A DNA stretch of 64,000 nt from Desulfovibrionaceae bacterium (GTDB lineage Bacteria; Desulfobacterota; Desulfovibrionia; Desulfovibrionales; Desulfovibrionaceae), in contig JAVBNC010000011.1 in NCBI GenBank assembly GCA_031551765.1, positions 12,595 through 76,594 on the forward strand. Reading direction: 5' to 3'. A model generated the notes under the pieces. That model made no database searches. It was not told the origin of the DNA and worked only from the letters and a program-made list of their open reading frames with translations. Of this stretch, positions 27,752-35,776 are shown in pieces. Every line of letters begins with the position of its first letter. Position 1 is the first letter of the stretch. Made by a program: the position numbers and the translations under genes.

Positions 27752-29182
27752 ATGCACTGCTCAGACACCATAGCTGCCATTGCCACGGCTTCCGGCCAGG
27801 GTGGCATCGGCATTGTGCGCATCAGCGGGCCTGACGCGCTGCCGCTCTTGCGCCGTATTTTCCGGCCTTCCCATCCCAATTCCCCCATGCCCGCCGAATT
27901 CCGCTTCCGGCCCCGCTACCTGCACCACGGCTGGGCGCACGCCCTGCCGCGCGCCGGGGAAAACGCCGCCTACGGCGAATCCCTGGACGAAGTGCTGGCC
28001 GTGTACATGCCCGGCCCGGCCACGGCCACCGGGGAAGATACGGCGGAACTGCACTGTCACGGCGGCCCGGCCGTGTTGCGCGCCGTGCTGGACGCCGCGC
28101 TGGAGGGCGGGGCGCGCATGGCGGAGCGGGGCGAATTCACTTACCGCGCCTTTGTGAACGGCCGCATGGACCTGGCCCAGGCCGAGGCCGTGGCGGAACT
28201 GATAGCCGCCCCTTCCCGCCAGGGGTTGCGTCTGGCCAAAGCCAAGCTGGAAGGCCTCTTGAGCGGCCGCATCGGCCGTTTGCGGGCCACGGTGGACGAA
28301 TTGCGGGCCAGAATCTGCCTGGCCGTGGATTTTCCGGAAGACGAAGGCGAATGCCTGGACCGCGCCGTTTTTTCCGCCTCCCTGGTTACGGTGCGCGAGG
28401 GCATTGCGGAACTTCTGGCCGGTTTCGAGCGGGCGCGCCACTGGCGGGAAGGGGCCAGCGCGGTGCTGGCCGGCAGGGTCAACGTGGGCAAGTCCAGCCT
28501 CTTGAACGCGCTTTTAGGCCGCGAGCGGGCCATTGTTTCCAGCCAGCCGGGCACCACGAGGGATTTTATTGAGGAAAGCCTTGATCTTGACGGGCTGCGC
28601 GTGCGCCTGACCGACACCGCCGGGCTGCGAGAAAGCAGCGACATGGTGGAACAAACCGGGGTACGCCGCGCCCGTGACCTGGCCGCGGAGGCGGATTGCG
28701 TGCTGCTGGTGGCGGAGGCGGGGCTGCCGCTGGAAGAGGTGGAGCACGAACTCATGGCCGCATGCGGCCCCAAGTTGCTGTTGGTCTGGAACAAGGTTGA
28801 CAAACTGGACGATGCCGTGCGCGCCCAGGCTATCGGCGCGCACGGCCCGTCCGTGGCGGAAGTGTTCGTGTCCGCCAAAAGCGGGGAGGGCCTGGAGCAG
28901 CTGGCCAACGCCCTGCGCCAATGTATCCTGTCCGCCGGGGACGGCATGGTTTTGGAGCCGGACACCGGGGATCTGGCCCCCAACCTGCGCCAGTCCCAGC
29001 TTTTGCGCGCCGCTTTGGAGCGGGTGGAAGAGCTGGAGCGGGATCTTGAGGCCGGGCTGCCTGGCGATATCCTGGGGGTGGGCTTGGACACCCTGGCCTC
29101 CCTTTTGGGGGAGATCACCGGGGAAAGCACGCCGGACGCCGTTCTGGGCCAGATATTCTCCCGTTTTTGTATTGGAAAATAA
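27752..29182 (+). CDS. mnmE: tRNA modification GTPase MnmE
   Basis: G-domain motifs GRVNVGKSSL and DTAG; C-terminal FCIGK. Confidence 0.95.
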   Translation: MHCSDTIAAIATASGQGGIGIVRISGPDALPLLRRIFRPSHPNSPMPAEFRFRPRYLHHGWAHALPRAGENAAYGESLDEVLAVYMPGPATATGEDTAELHCHGGPAVLRAVLDAALEGGARMAERGEFTYRAFVNGRMDLAQAEAVAELIAAPSRQGLRLAKAKLEGLLSGRIGRLRATVDELRARICLAVDFPEDEGECLDRAVFSASLVTVREGIAELLAGFERARHWREGASAVLAGRVNVGKSSLLNALLGRERAIVSSQPGTTRDFIEESLDLDGLRVRLTDTAGLRESSDMVEQTGVRRARDLAAEADCVLLVAEAGLPLEEVEHELMAACGPKLLLVWNKVDKLDDAVRAQAIGAHGPSVAEVFVSAKSGEGLEQLANALRQCILSAGDGMVLEPDTGDLAPNLRQSQLLRAALERVEELERDLEAGLPGDILGVGLDTLASLLGEITGESTPDAVLGQIFSRFCIGK

Positions 29183-29346
29183 CCGAAAGCCGATCTGGGC
29201 GCTAGAAATAAAAATGTAAATAGTGCTTGCTACGCGGGAGCGATTTCTATATAAGCTGGTTAATCCAGACTATATGAGTCGCCAATGTGTGTTCCGGACT
29301 CGCGGAGCCCGATAATGGGCCTTGCTGCCTCCGGCGTGGAGGATTA

Positions 29347-29976
29347 ATGAAAGCGTCGCGCAGCAACATAAACCTGTCCGCCTTGGTGCGGGCATTTACT
29401 GTGCGGACGGAACAACGCGTGAAAAGTTTCCGGAAGGAACGCGTATCCGCAACCGCGAAACAGGCGGCGGTCTTCGCCTTCTTTTTGACAGCATTGAGCA
29501 TCTCGCCTGGCCTGGTTTCAGGGGCGGGATCCGGCCTTTACGTCCGCAACGGCAACTCCGTCTTGCCTCCCGCGGAGGCGGAACAGGTGTTTGCCTATAT
29601 AACGGCCACGGCTCCCTATGCCAAATGGCCGATTATGCCGGGCACGGTTATGTTCCGGCAGGGCGTGGAACCGCACGAGATGCGCCAGAACATCCACGTG
29701 AACCCCGTCGCGTTCGCCGCGTTGCGCGCCGGTGCGCCGGAGCTGCCGGCCGGGTCCATGCTGGTCAAGGAAGTCCTGAATCCCGACAACAGCGTGCATT
29801 CCCTGGCCGTCACCTACAAAGCCGAGGGCAGCGGGCCGGAAATCCAGGACAGGCTTTGGGTGCGCTACACTCGGGACGGCAAGGTCATAACCATGGGCAG
29901 CGAAGAGGGCGGCTGCGTGTCTTGCCACAGCAAGGCGGCGAAACGCGATTTTGTGCTGCTCAAGCCGGGAAAATAA
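29347..29976 (+). CDS. cytochrome P460-like mono-haem c-type protein, exported
   Basis: GGAGGA RBS just upstream of ATG 29347. Hydrophobic signal/anchor. Single CxxCH motif (CVSCH) close to the C-terminus, as in the P460 family. Confidence 0.6.
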   Translation: MKASRSNINLSALVRAFTVRTEQRVKSFRKERVSATAKQAAVFAFFLTALSISPGLVSGAGSGLYVRNGNSVLPPAEAEQVFAYITATAPYAKWPIMPGTVMFRQGVEPHEMRQNIHVNPVAFAALRAGAPELPAGSMLVKEVLNPDNSVHSLAVTYKAEGSGPEIQDRLWVRYTRDGKVITMGSEEGGCVSCHSKAAKRDFVLLKPGK

Positions 29977-29988
29977 ACGGTTCAGCCA

Positions 29989-30028
29989 ACGACAAGGGGG
30001 CGTTCGCAAGAGCGCCCTTTTGTCGTTT
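29989..30028. terminator. hairpin terminator between convergent genes
   Basis: ACGACAAGGGGGCG-N10-CGCCCTTTTGTCGT (14-bp stem including two G-T pairs). Confidence 0.6.
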
Positions 30029-30046
30029 CCCAGCATCGGGAGCGGG

Positions 30047-30910
30047 TCAGGAATATTTCTTTTCCGCGTCCCGGATTTCCGTCAGGCGCAGAATCTCGTT
30101 CAGCTCGCCGAAAATGAACATGTTATCCAGGTAATCCTTGGTGCTGCCTTTTTCCTTGATCTCCGTGTACAGGCCGGTAAGGGCCTTGGACACCACGCGG
30201 GCGCAGGCGCCCGGGTAAATGACCAGGGAAAAGCCGATTTCCCGCAGCGTGTCCAGGGGTTGCAGGGGGGTTTTGCCGCCTTCCACCATGTTGGCCAGCA
30301 GGGGCACGCCGGGAAATGCCTTGCAGCACCGGCGCATTTCCTCTTCGTTCTGCGGGGCCTCTATGAACAGGATGTCCGCGCCGGCTTCCTTGTACATGGC
30401 GGCGCGATGGATGGCTTCTTCCAAGCCGGATATGGCGCGGGCGTCCGTGCGGGCCATGATCATGAAGTCCTGGGAATGGCGGGCATCGCAGGCGGCCCGG
30501 ATTTTTCCGGCCATTTCCCCGGCCGATATGACGGTCTTGCCGCTCATATGCCCGCAACGCTTGGGCATGACCTGGTCTTCCAGCTGGATGCAGGCCACGC
30601 CGGCTTTTTCATAGGCGCGCACGGTGCGGGCCACGTTCAGGGCGTTGCCGAAGCCGGTGTCCCCGTCCGCCACAATGGCCTGGCCCGTGACGTCGTAAAT
30701 ATACGAGGCCTTTTCCGCCAGCTCGTTCATGGTGGTCAGCCCTATGTCCGGCTTGCCGAGCGTGGAGTAAGAGACGGCCGCCCCGGACATGTACACGGCT
30801 TCAAACCCCACGTGGCGGGCCACGGCGGCGGAAAGGGCGTCGTACACGCCGGGCAGCACCAGGGGACGGTGCGCGGCGAGCAGGCTTTTCAGTTTTTTCC
30901 CAGGCGTCAT
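30047..30910 (-). CDS. isocitrate lyase/PEP mutase superfamily enzyme (2-methylisocitrate lyase / carboxyvinyl-carboxyphosphonate phosphorylmutase-like)
   Basis: 287 aa with ADGDTGFGNA and QVMPKRCGHMSGK active-site-type blocks. Exact activity cannot be assigned from sequence. Confidence 0.8.
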   Translation of the reverse strand: MTPGKKLKSLLAAHRPLVLPGVYDALSAAVARHVGFEAVYMSGAAVSYSTLGKPDIGLTTMNELAEKASYIYDVTGQAIVADGDTGFGNALNVARTVRAYEKAGVACIQLEDQVMPKRCGHMSGKTVISAGEMAGKIRAACDARHSQDFMIMARTDARAISGLEEAIHRAAMYKEAGADILFIEAPQNEEEMRRCCKAFPGVPLLANMVEGGKTPLQPLDTLREIGFSLVIYPGACARVVSKALTGLYTEIKEKGSTKDYLDNMFIFGELNEILRLTEIRDAEKKYS

Positions 30911-30960
30911 GTCTCACCTCCAGAAAGGTTGCGCGTGAAGCGTTTCAGGACGAAAATACG

Positions 30961-32436
30961 CTAGCTCACGAGTTTTATCAGCGGCACCACGAAAAACGTT
31001 GCCCAGACAATATAGATGACCGCGCAGGCCGGGGTTATCCAGCAGGCGGCGCGCGTGAGGTCTTTCACCTCATAGTAGCCCATGCCGTAGGTCATGATCA
31101 GCTGGGCGCCCTGGTGGGGCAGGAAAAAGGAAATGCGGCAGAACGCGTAGGTAACCCAGGCCACGGCCACGGTCTGCATCGGGTCCAGCTTGGCGGCCGC
31201 GGACACGACCATGGATATGGGCACCAGCAGGGCCGCTGCGGAAGTAATGGAAGCGATGCCCAGGCGAATGACCAGGGTGGCGGCGACCATGACGATCAGC
31301 ACCAGGGGCAGGCTTTCCATGCCCAGGGCCGATATTTTTCCCGCGAAGTAGTTCATGACCTTGTATTTTCCCAGGGCCGAGGAAAACCCGAGGGCGGAAC
31401 CGATGATGAAATACCCCTCCCAGGAAGCCTTTTTGCCTTCCTTTTTCCAGTTCCCGGGCCCGATGCCGGGAATGAACAGCACGGCGCACATGAACACCAG
31501 GACCAGGGAGGCGGGGATTTTATGGATATGGTCTGTCAGGAACAGCGCGATCATGGCCAGCAGGGCCACCAGGCAGTAAATTTCGTTGTAGCTCAACGGC
31601 CCGAGGGCCTTGATCCGCTCCTGGATGAAGTCGGCGTTGATTTCCTGCACCGTGGAAGGGAACAGCTTTTTCAGCAGGTACCAGGAAACGAACATGGACC
31701 CCATGCAGGGAAGATAGAGAATAAAAAAGGTGGTGGACCAGTATTGGGGAATTTTTGTGGCCTGCTCTACCAGTCCGCCGATCATGATGGTCAGGGCGGC
31801 TCCGGTCAGGAACGCGCCGCCCATGATGATGGGGATAAGGGCCACGGCCAGCCAGACGGCCTTCTGATACGGGTTAAAGGGCCTTCCGCTATCCAGGGTC
31901 TCGAACCCGAAGGGCTTTTGGTAGCCTTCGGCAATGGACATGTACAGCGCGCAACGGCCGGTGGCCACGGGGATCATCAGCGAAGCGGGAATGTCCGCGA
32001 TGAACAGGGCGGCCAGCATTCTGCCGGGCGTGGCTTTTCCGCCCACGGCCGCCGCGACTTTCATGATCAGATAGACAATGCGCTCCGCAAGGCCGGAGGA
32101 GTGGACCACGGCCGCGAATGCCGTTCCCCCCACCACCGCTATGGGCACGCTGCTGGTAAACCCGCTCAGGCTTTCCTGAAACGCCTTGCCGAGTGACAAG
32201 CCCTTGCTTCCCGGCGGAGCGGCCAGCGCCAGGGTGGTCAGCATGACCAGCAGCAGGCAGGAAGCGCACAGGTTCATGCAGCTTGACGCCCACAGGATCA
32301 TGATGACCACCAGCGCGCCCAGCAGCCGCTGGCCTTCCGGCGGCAGCCCGGTGCCTTTGGCCAGCACCAGCGTGAGGCCGCCGCAAATGAATGCCGCGAC
32401 AAACAGCAGGAATTTCCGGTCTGACAATGCGCCCAT
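30961..32436 (-). CDS. anion permease of the ArsB/NhaD superfamily (DASS/CitT-like)
   Basis: 491 aa, about 12 or more hydrophobic segments. GGAGG RBS upstream. Family assignment rests on composition and topology only. Confidence 0.65.
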   Translation of the reverse strand: MGALSDRKFLLFVAAFICGGLTLVLAKGTGLPPEGQRLLGALVVIMILWASSCMNLCASCLLLVMLTTLALAAPPGSKGLSLGKAFQESLSGFTSSVPIAVVGGTAFAAVVHSSGLAERIVYLIMKVAAAVGGKATPGRMLAALFIADIPASLMIPVATGRCALYMSIAEGYQKPFGFETLDSGRPFNPYQKAVWLAVALIPIIMGGAFLTGAALTIMIGGLVEQATKIPQYWSTTFFILYLPCMGSMFVSWYLLKKLFPSTVQEINADFIQERIKALGPLSYNEIYCLVALLAMIALFLTDHIHKIPASLVLVFMCAVLFIPGIGPGNWKKEGKKASWEGYFIIGSALGFSSALGKYKVMNYFAGKISALGMESLPLVLIVMVAATLVIRLGIASITSAAALLVPISMVVSAAAKLDPMQTVAVAWVTYAFCRISFFLPHQGAQLIMTYGMGYYEVKDLTRAACWITPACAVIYIVWATFFVVPLIKLVS

Positions 32437-32683
32437 AGTCGCCTCCAGGTTGGTCAGAAAGTGTACAGTGGGCGTGGCCGGGCCACGTGTATTTCTGAGT
32501 AAGACCGTGCACTGTCAAAGCGCTGGAGACTGTGGCCGGATAAAATAACGCTGCGGATATTTTTTATTGTACGGGAGTATCCTGTTTGCTGTATGAAAGC
32601 TAGCAGCCGTCAATTTTATTGGCAAGAAAAAAAATGGCGCGCCACAAAGACAAGCAGGTCATGTCCATGCAGCGTGGAAATAT

Positions 32684-32726
32684 AAAACGCCTTCTGTTTT
32701 CATTTAATGAAAACAGAAGGCGTTTT
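32684..32726. terminator. perfect 20-bp hairpin terminator downstream of the cheZ-like gene
   Basis: AAAACGCCTTCTGTTTTCAT-TTA-ATGAAAACAGAAGGCGTTTT. T-rich on both strands after the stem. Confidence 0.8.
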
Positions 32727-32782
32727 TAGATCGTAGTGTACGCTGAATGCGCGAGTATTGCGAAATGGAAGGGCGACTGGCG

Positions 32783-33520
32783 CTACAAGCCGAGATCGGC
32801 GAGCAGGCTGTCCACGTCCGTCTGGGAGACGTCACGGGTGGGGCCTTTCAGCTCGGAACCCTTGATCTGCTCCATTTTCTTTTTGCTCTCCGCCGCGATC
32901 TCCTTAAGGTCTTTTTCCGGCATTTCCTCGCGGGTTTTGAGCATCAGGCCGCTGGAGACGTACATTTCAAAAATGGACTCCTGAATGTCGCTGAGCGCCC
33001 GGACCACCTTTTTCAGGCGCTGGCCGGTCAGGTCCTGGAAGCTGAGCGTGGTCAGAATGGAGGTCAGGGCCTCTTCCGTGGCCACGCTGTGCTCGGCCAG
33101 TTTTTCCACGGTGTTGCCCGGCGCTTTGTCCTGAAGCTCCACCAGCAGGGTGGCTATTTCCTGCTGCTTGTCCAGAAGCTGTTCCGCGACGGTCATAATG
33201 GATTCCGTGGCCTCCAGCGTGGTGGCCATGACTTCCTCAAGCTGCTTGGAGGCTTCGGAAAACAGCTTGCCGGTCTTTTCAGAATCCGGGGCCGCGCCGT
33301 TGTCCGTGGAAGCCGCGCTGATTTCCTTGTAGATGTTCTGCAGCCCGTGGCGCATCTCATCGTTGATGTGGCGGTAAAATTCGTTCTCCACCAGGGCGTT
33401 GTGCATGGCGGAGGAGAGGGCTTGTTCCACGGCGGCCACCACTGCGCCCTTGACGGCTTCCGCCACTTGCGCGGCCACGGAAGACAGGGCTTTATCCAGT
33501 ATCTGATCTTGAGAGAGCAT
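32783..33520 (-). CDS. cheZ: CheZ-like CheY-P phosphatase
   Basis: SFQDLTGQRLKKVV (CheZ catalytic-Gln region) and C-terminal QTDVDSLLADLGL (CheY-binding peptide type). Confidence 0.75.
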   Translation of the reverse strand: MLSQDQILDKALSSVAAQVAEAVKGAVVAAVEQALSSAMHNALVENEFYRHINDEMRHGLQNIYKEISAASTDNGAAPDSEKTGKLFSEASKQLEEVMATTLEATESIMTVAEQLLDKQQEIATLLVELQDKAPGNTVEKLAEHSVATEEALTSILTTLSFQDLTGQRLKKVVRALSDIQESIFEMYVSSGLMLKTREEMPEKDLKEIAAESKKKMEQIKGSELKGPTRDVSQTDVDSLLADLGL

Positions 33521-33556
33521 GCCGGGTCCTTTGGTCAGAGGTAGATAACAAGGGGT

Positions 33557-34090
33557 TCAGCCGAGCCGTTTTTCGCGCAACGCTTTGCGTTCTTCCTGAA
33601 ACACGAAGCGAATGATTTTTTCCCGCTCTTCTTCTGGCAGCCGTGTGAAACGGAAATCAAAGACCGTGCCGGAAGCCGCGCGGCGCATGGCGTTTATGCT
33701 GCCTATGCCGCTGGCCGTGACAAAATCCGCCTGGCCGAGCTGCAGCACCACTTCCAGGCAGTCTCCTTGGGCCAGGGGCAGCGGGCTGCGCAGGAGCAAC
33801 TGCTGGGCGCTTATTTCCAGCACCTCCAGGGGGTGGGGAAAATCCTGCTCCAGCTTTTCCGCGTGCAGGGCGGCCAGAATGGCGTCCAGCTTCGTGTCCA
33901 TGCGGCAGAGGAACGCGGCCACCGTTTCAGGCAGGCGGGCCTGTTCCATGAATTCTTCCCGGCTTATGGCCGGTTCCCCTAAAAGAGGGGAGGCCGTCGC
34001 ATGCGCCAGCGGGGGGCTGCTCGTGTCCGGCAGGGTGCGGAAGCGCCCTTTCAGAAAGGTGCGGATGCTGGAGTAGGTGTTTTCTTCCAT
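33557..34090 (-). CDS. PilZ-like domain protein (degenerate c-di-GMP motifs)
   Basis: ATG 34090 (MEENTYSS...) preferred over the track start. The C-terminal beta-barrel-like region ends in FDFRFTRLPEEEREKIIRFVFQEER. No clean RxxxR/DxSxxG pair. Confidence 0.5.
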   Translation of the reverse strand: MEENTYSSIRTFLKGRFRTLPDTSSPPLAHATASPLLGEPAISREEFMEQARLPETVAAFLCRMDTKLDAILAALHAEKLEQDFPHPLEVLEISAQQLLLRSPLPLAQGDCLEVVLQLGQADFVTASGIGSINAMRRAASGTVFDFRFTRLPEEEREKIIRFVFQEERKALREKRLG

Positions 34091-34154
34091 GCCGACCCTG
34101 TCCGATAAATAGGAGCGGCCGCCACGTGCACGCGCGGCGGCCACGACAAAAAAC

Positions 34155-35027
34155 TTACTTGTTGGCCGCTAGAAACGCTTTGGCCCGCCCGGCTTCGGGG
34201 CTGTTGGGGTATTTTTTGATCAACTCTTCCAGGCGGTAACGCGCGGCGTCCTTTTTTCCGACGTTCTGGAAAGACATGCCCTGCTTGAGCATGGCGGACT
34301 GGTACTTCACGCTGCCCGGGAATTTTTCAATGACCTGCTGGTAGGCCAGCGCGGCGGCGGCGTAGTCTTTCAGCTGGTAAAAGGACTCACCGCGCCAGAA
34401 GTGGGCGTTGCTGCTCAGCTTGTTGCTGGGATATGCCTGGGTAAAGTCTGTGAAAATCTTGACCGCATCCTTGTAACGCCTGTCGCTGAAGGCTTTCATG
34501 CCGTTGTCATACAGGGCGGTGGCCGTGTCCTTGGCCTGGGCGCTGGGCTGGGCCGTGGTGGTGGCCGGGGTTGTCGTGTTCATGGTGGAACTGGTGGACG
34601 GGGTCCCGGTAGGCGCGGAGCTTGCGGGAATGCTGCCGTATTCCGGGGCCGCGTCCAGGGCCTCCACTTTCATGCCCAGTTCCGAAGCCATCTGGCGCAG
34701 GGCCACTTCCAGGCGGTCCACCTTGGCGCGCACGGCGTTGGGGTCACCCTGGCCGTCCTGGCCGCCCGCGCGGGCGTTCATTTCGTCCACCTGGCCGCGC
34801 AGGGCGTTCAGTTCCTGACGCATGGCCTGCATTTGGGCCCACATTTCGGCCTGGCCGGGCAGCACCTGTTCCACGTTGCCCACCTGAGACGAGAGGGTGG
34901 CGATCTGGCGCTCGTTTTGGTTCACGCGGGTGTACAGCGTGTCAATGTCGCCCTGTTTGGTGCAGGAAATCAGCGCGGGAAGCAAAAGCGCCCCCATAAG
35001 GCAGCGGGAAAAGGAACGGGTGGTCAT
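34155..35027 (-). CDS. ybgF: Tol-Pal system protein YbgF/CpoB-like lipoprotein
   Basis: ATG 35027 has a GGAG RBS. Lipobox-like LISC, coiled-coil N-terminal half, C-terminal TPR block typical of YbgF. Confidence 0.75.
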   Translation of the reverse strand: MTTRSFSRCLMGALLLPALISCTKQGDIDTLYTRVNQNERQIATLSSQVGNVEQVLPGQAEMWAQMQAMRQELNALRGQVDEMNARAGGQDGQGDPNAVRAKVDRLEVALRQMASELGMKVEALDAAPEYGSIPASSAPTGTPSTSSTMNTTTPATTTAQPSAQAKDTATALYDNGMKAFSDRRYKDAVKIFTDFTQAYPSNKLSSNAHFWRGESFYQLKDYAAAALAYQQVIEKFPGSVKYQSAMLKQGMSFQNVGKKDAARYRLEELIKKYPNSPEAGRAKAFLAANK

Positions 35028-35070
35028 ATGCTTACTCCAATACAGACGCAGCATGCCGCGTCGGCGGTCA

Positions 35071-35268
35071 TTATTGCATGGGGCGCGCCCTGCGGAAGCC
35101 GAAAAACAGATAGATGAGCCCGCCCAGCACGGGCAGAAAAACCCCCATACGCATCCAGAGTTTGCGTTCCGCAGGACTGGGGAACTCGTGCCTTGATGCG
35201 TGCCAAATACACCACAGATTCGGCAAAATAGGAATAGTCAGCAGGCAAAGTTTTAAAAAAGTGTTCAT
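35071..35268 (-). CDS. small membrane protein, PLD-nuclease N-terminal (PLDc_N)-like
   Basis: 65 aa with two TM segments. The ...KLWMRMGVFLPVLGGLIYLFFG pattern resembles PLDc_N. Confidence 0.5.
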   Translation of the reverse strand: MNTFLKLCLLTIPILPNLWCIWHASRHEFPSPAERKLWMRMGVFLPVLGGLIYLFFGFRRARPMQ

Positions 35269-35286
35269 GCTGTTCCCTGCGCCGCG

Positions 35287-35775
35287 CTAGGCCTTTTCTT
35301 CCTGGCGGCGCCAGGAAAGGAAAAGCGCCAGGGCCGCCCCACAGCAAATGGCGATATCCGCCACGTTGAAGGCCGGCCAATGCCAGTTGCCGAGGTAAAA
35401 ATCCAGAAAGTCCACTACCGCCCTGTGACGGACGCGGTCAATGAGATTTCCCGCCGCGCCGCCCATGATCAGCCCCAGAGCGGTGAAAAACAGCCGTTCC
35501 GTCTCTTTGGCCTGCCGGGCCAGGAACACGATGACCACGGCGGCAAGAATGGTGGCGGCCAGAAACAGCCAGAACTGCCAGGCGATGTCGTGCCGGTTCA
35601 GAAAGCCGAAGGCCGCGCCCCGGTTACGCACGTGCACCAGGCTGAAAAAGCCCTGGATGACCGGAATTTCCGTGTGCAGGGGAATCGCCAGCCGCACCCA
35701 GAGCTTGCAGACCTGGTCCAGCAGGGTGACCAGGGCGGCCAGCGCCGCGATGAACAGGTACCTGTTCCGGAACAA
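35287..35775 (-). CDS. lspA: lipoprotein signal peptidase II
   Basis: NRGAAFGF and FNVADIAI motifs. Lies directly after ileS. Confidence 0.95.
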   Translation of the reverse strand: MFRNRYLFIAALAALVTLLDQVCKLWVRLAIPLHTEIPVIQGFFSLVHVRNRGAAFGFLNRHDIAWQFWLFLAATILAAVVIVFLARQAKETERLFFTALGLIMGGAAGNLIDRVRHRAVVDFLDFYLGNWHWPAFNVADIAICCGAALALFLSWRRQEEKA

Positions 35776-35776
35776 G

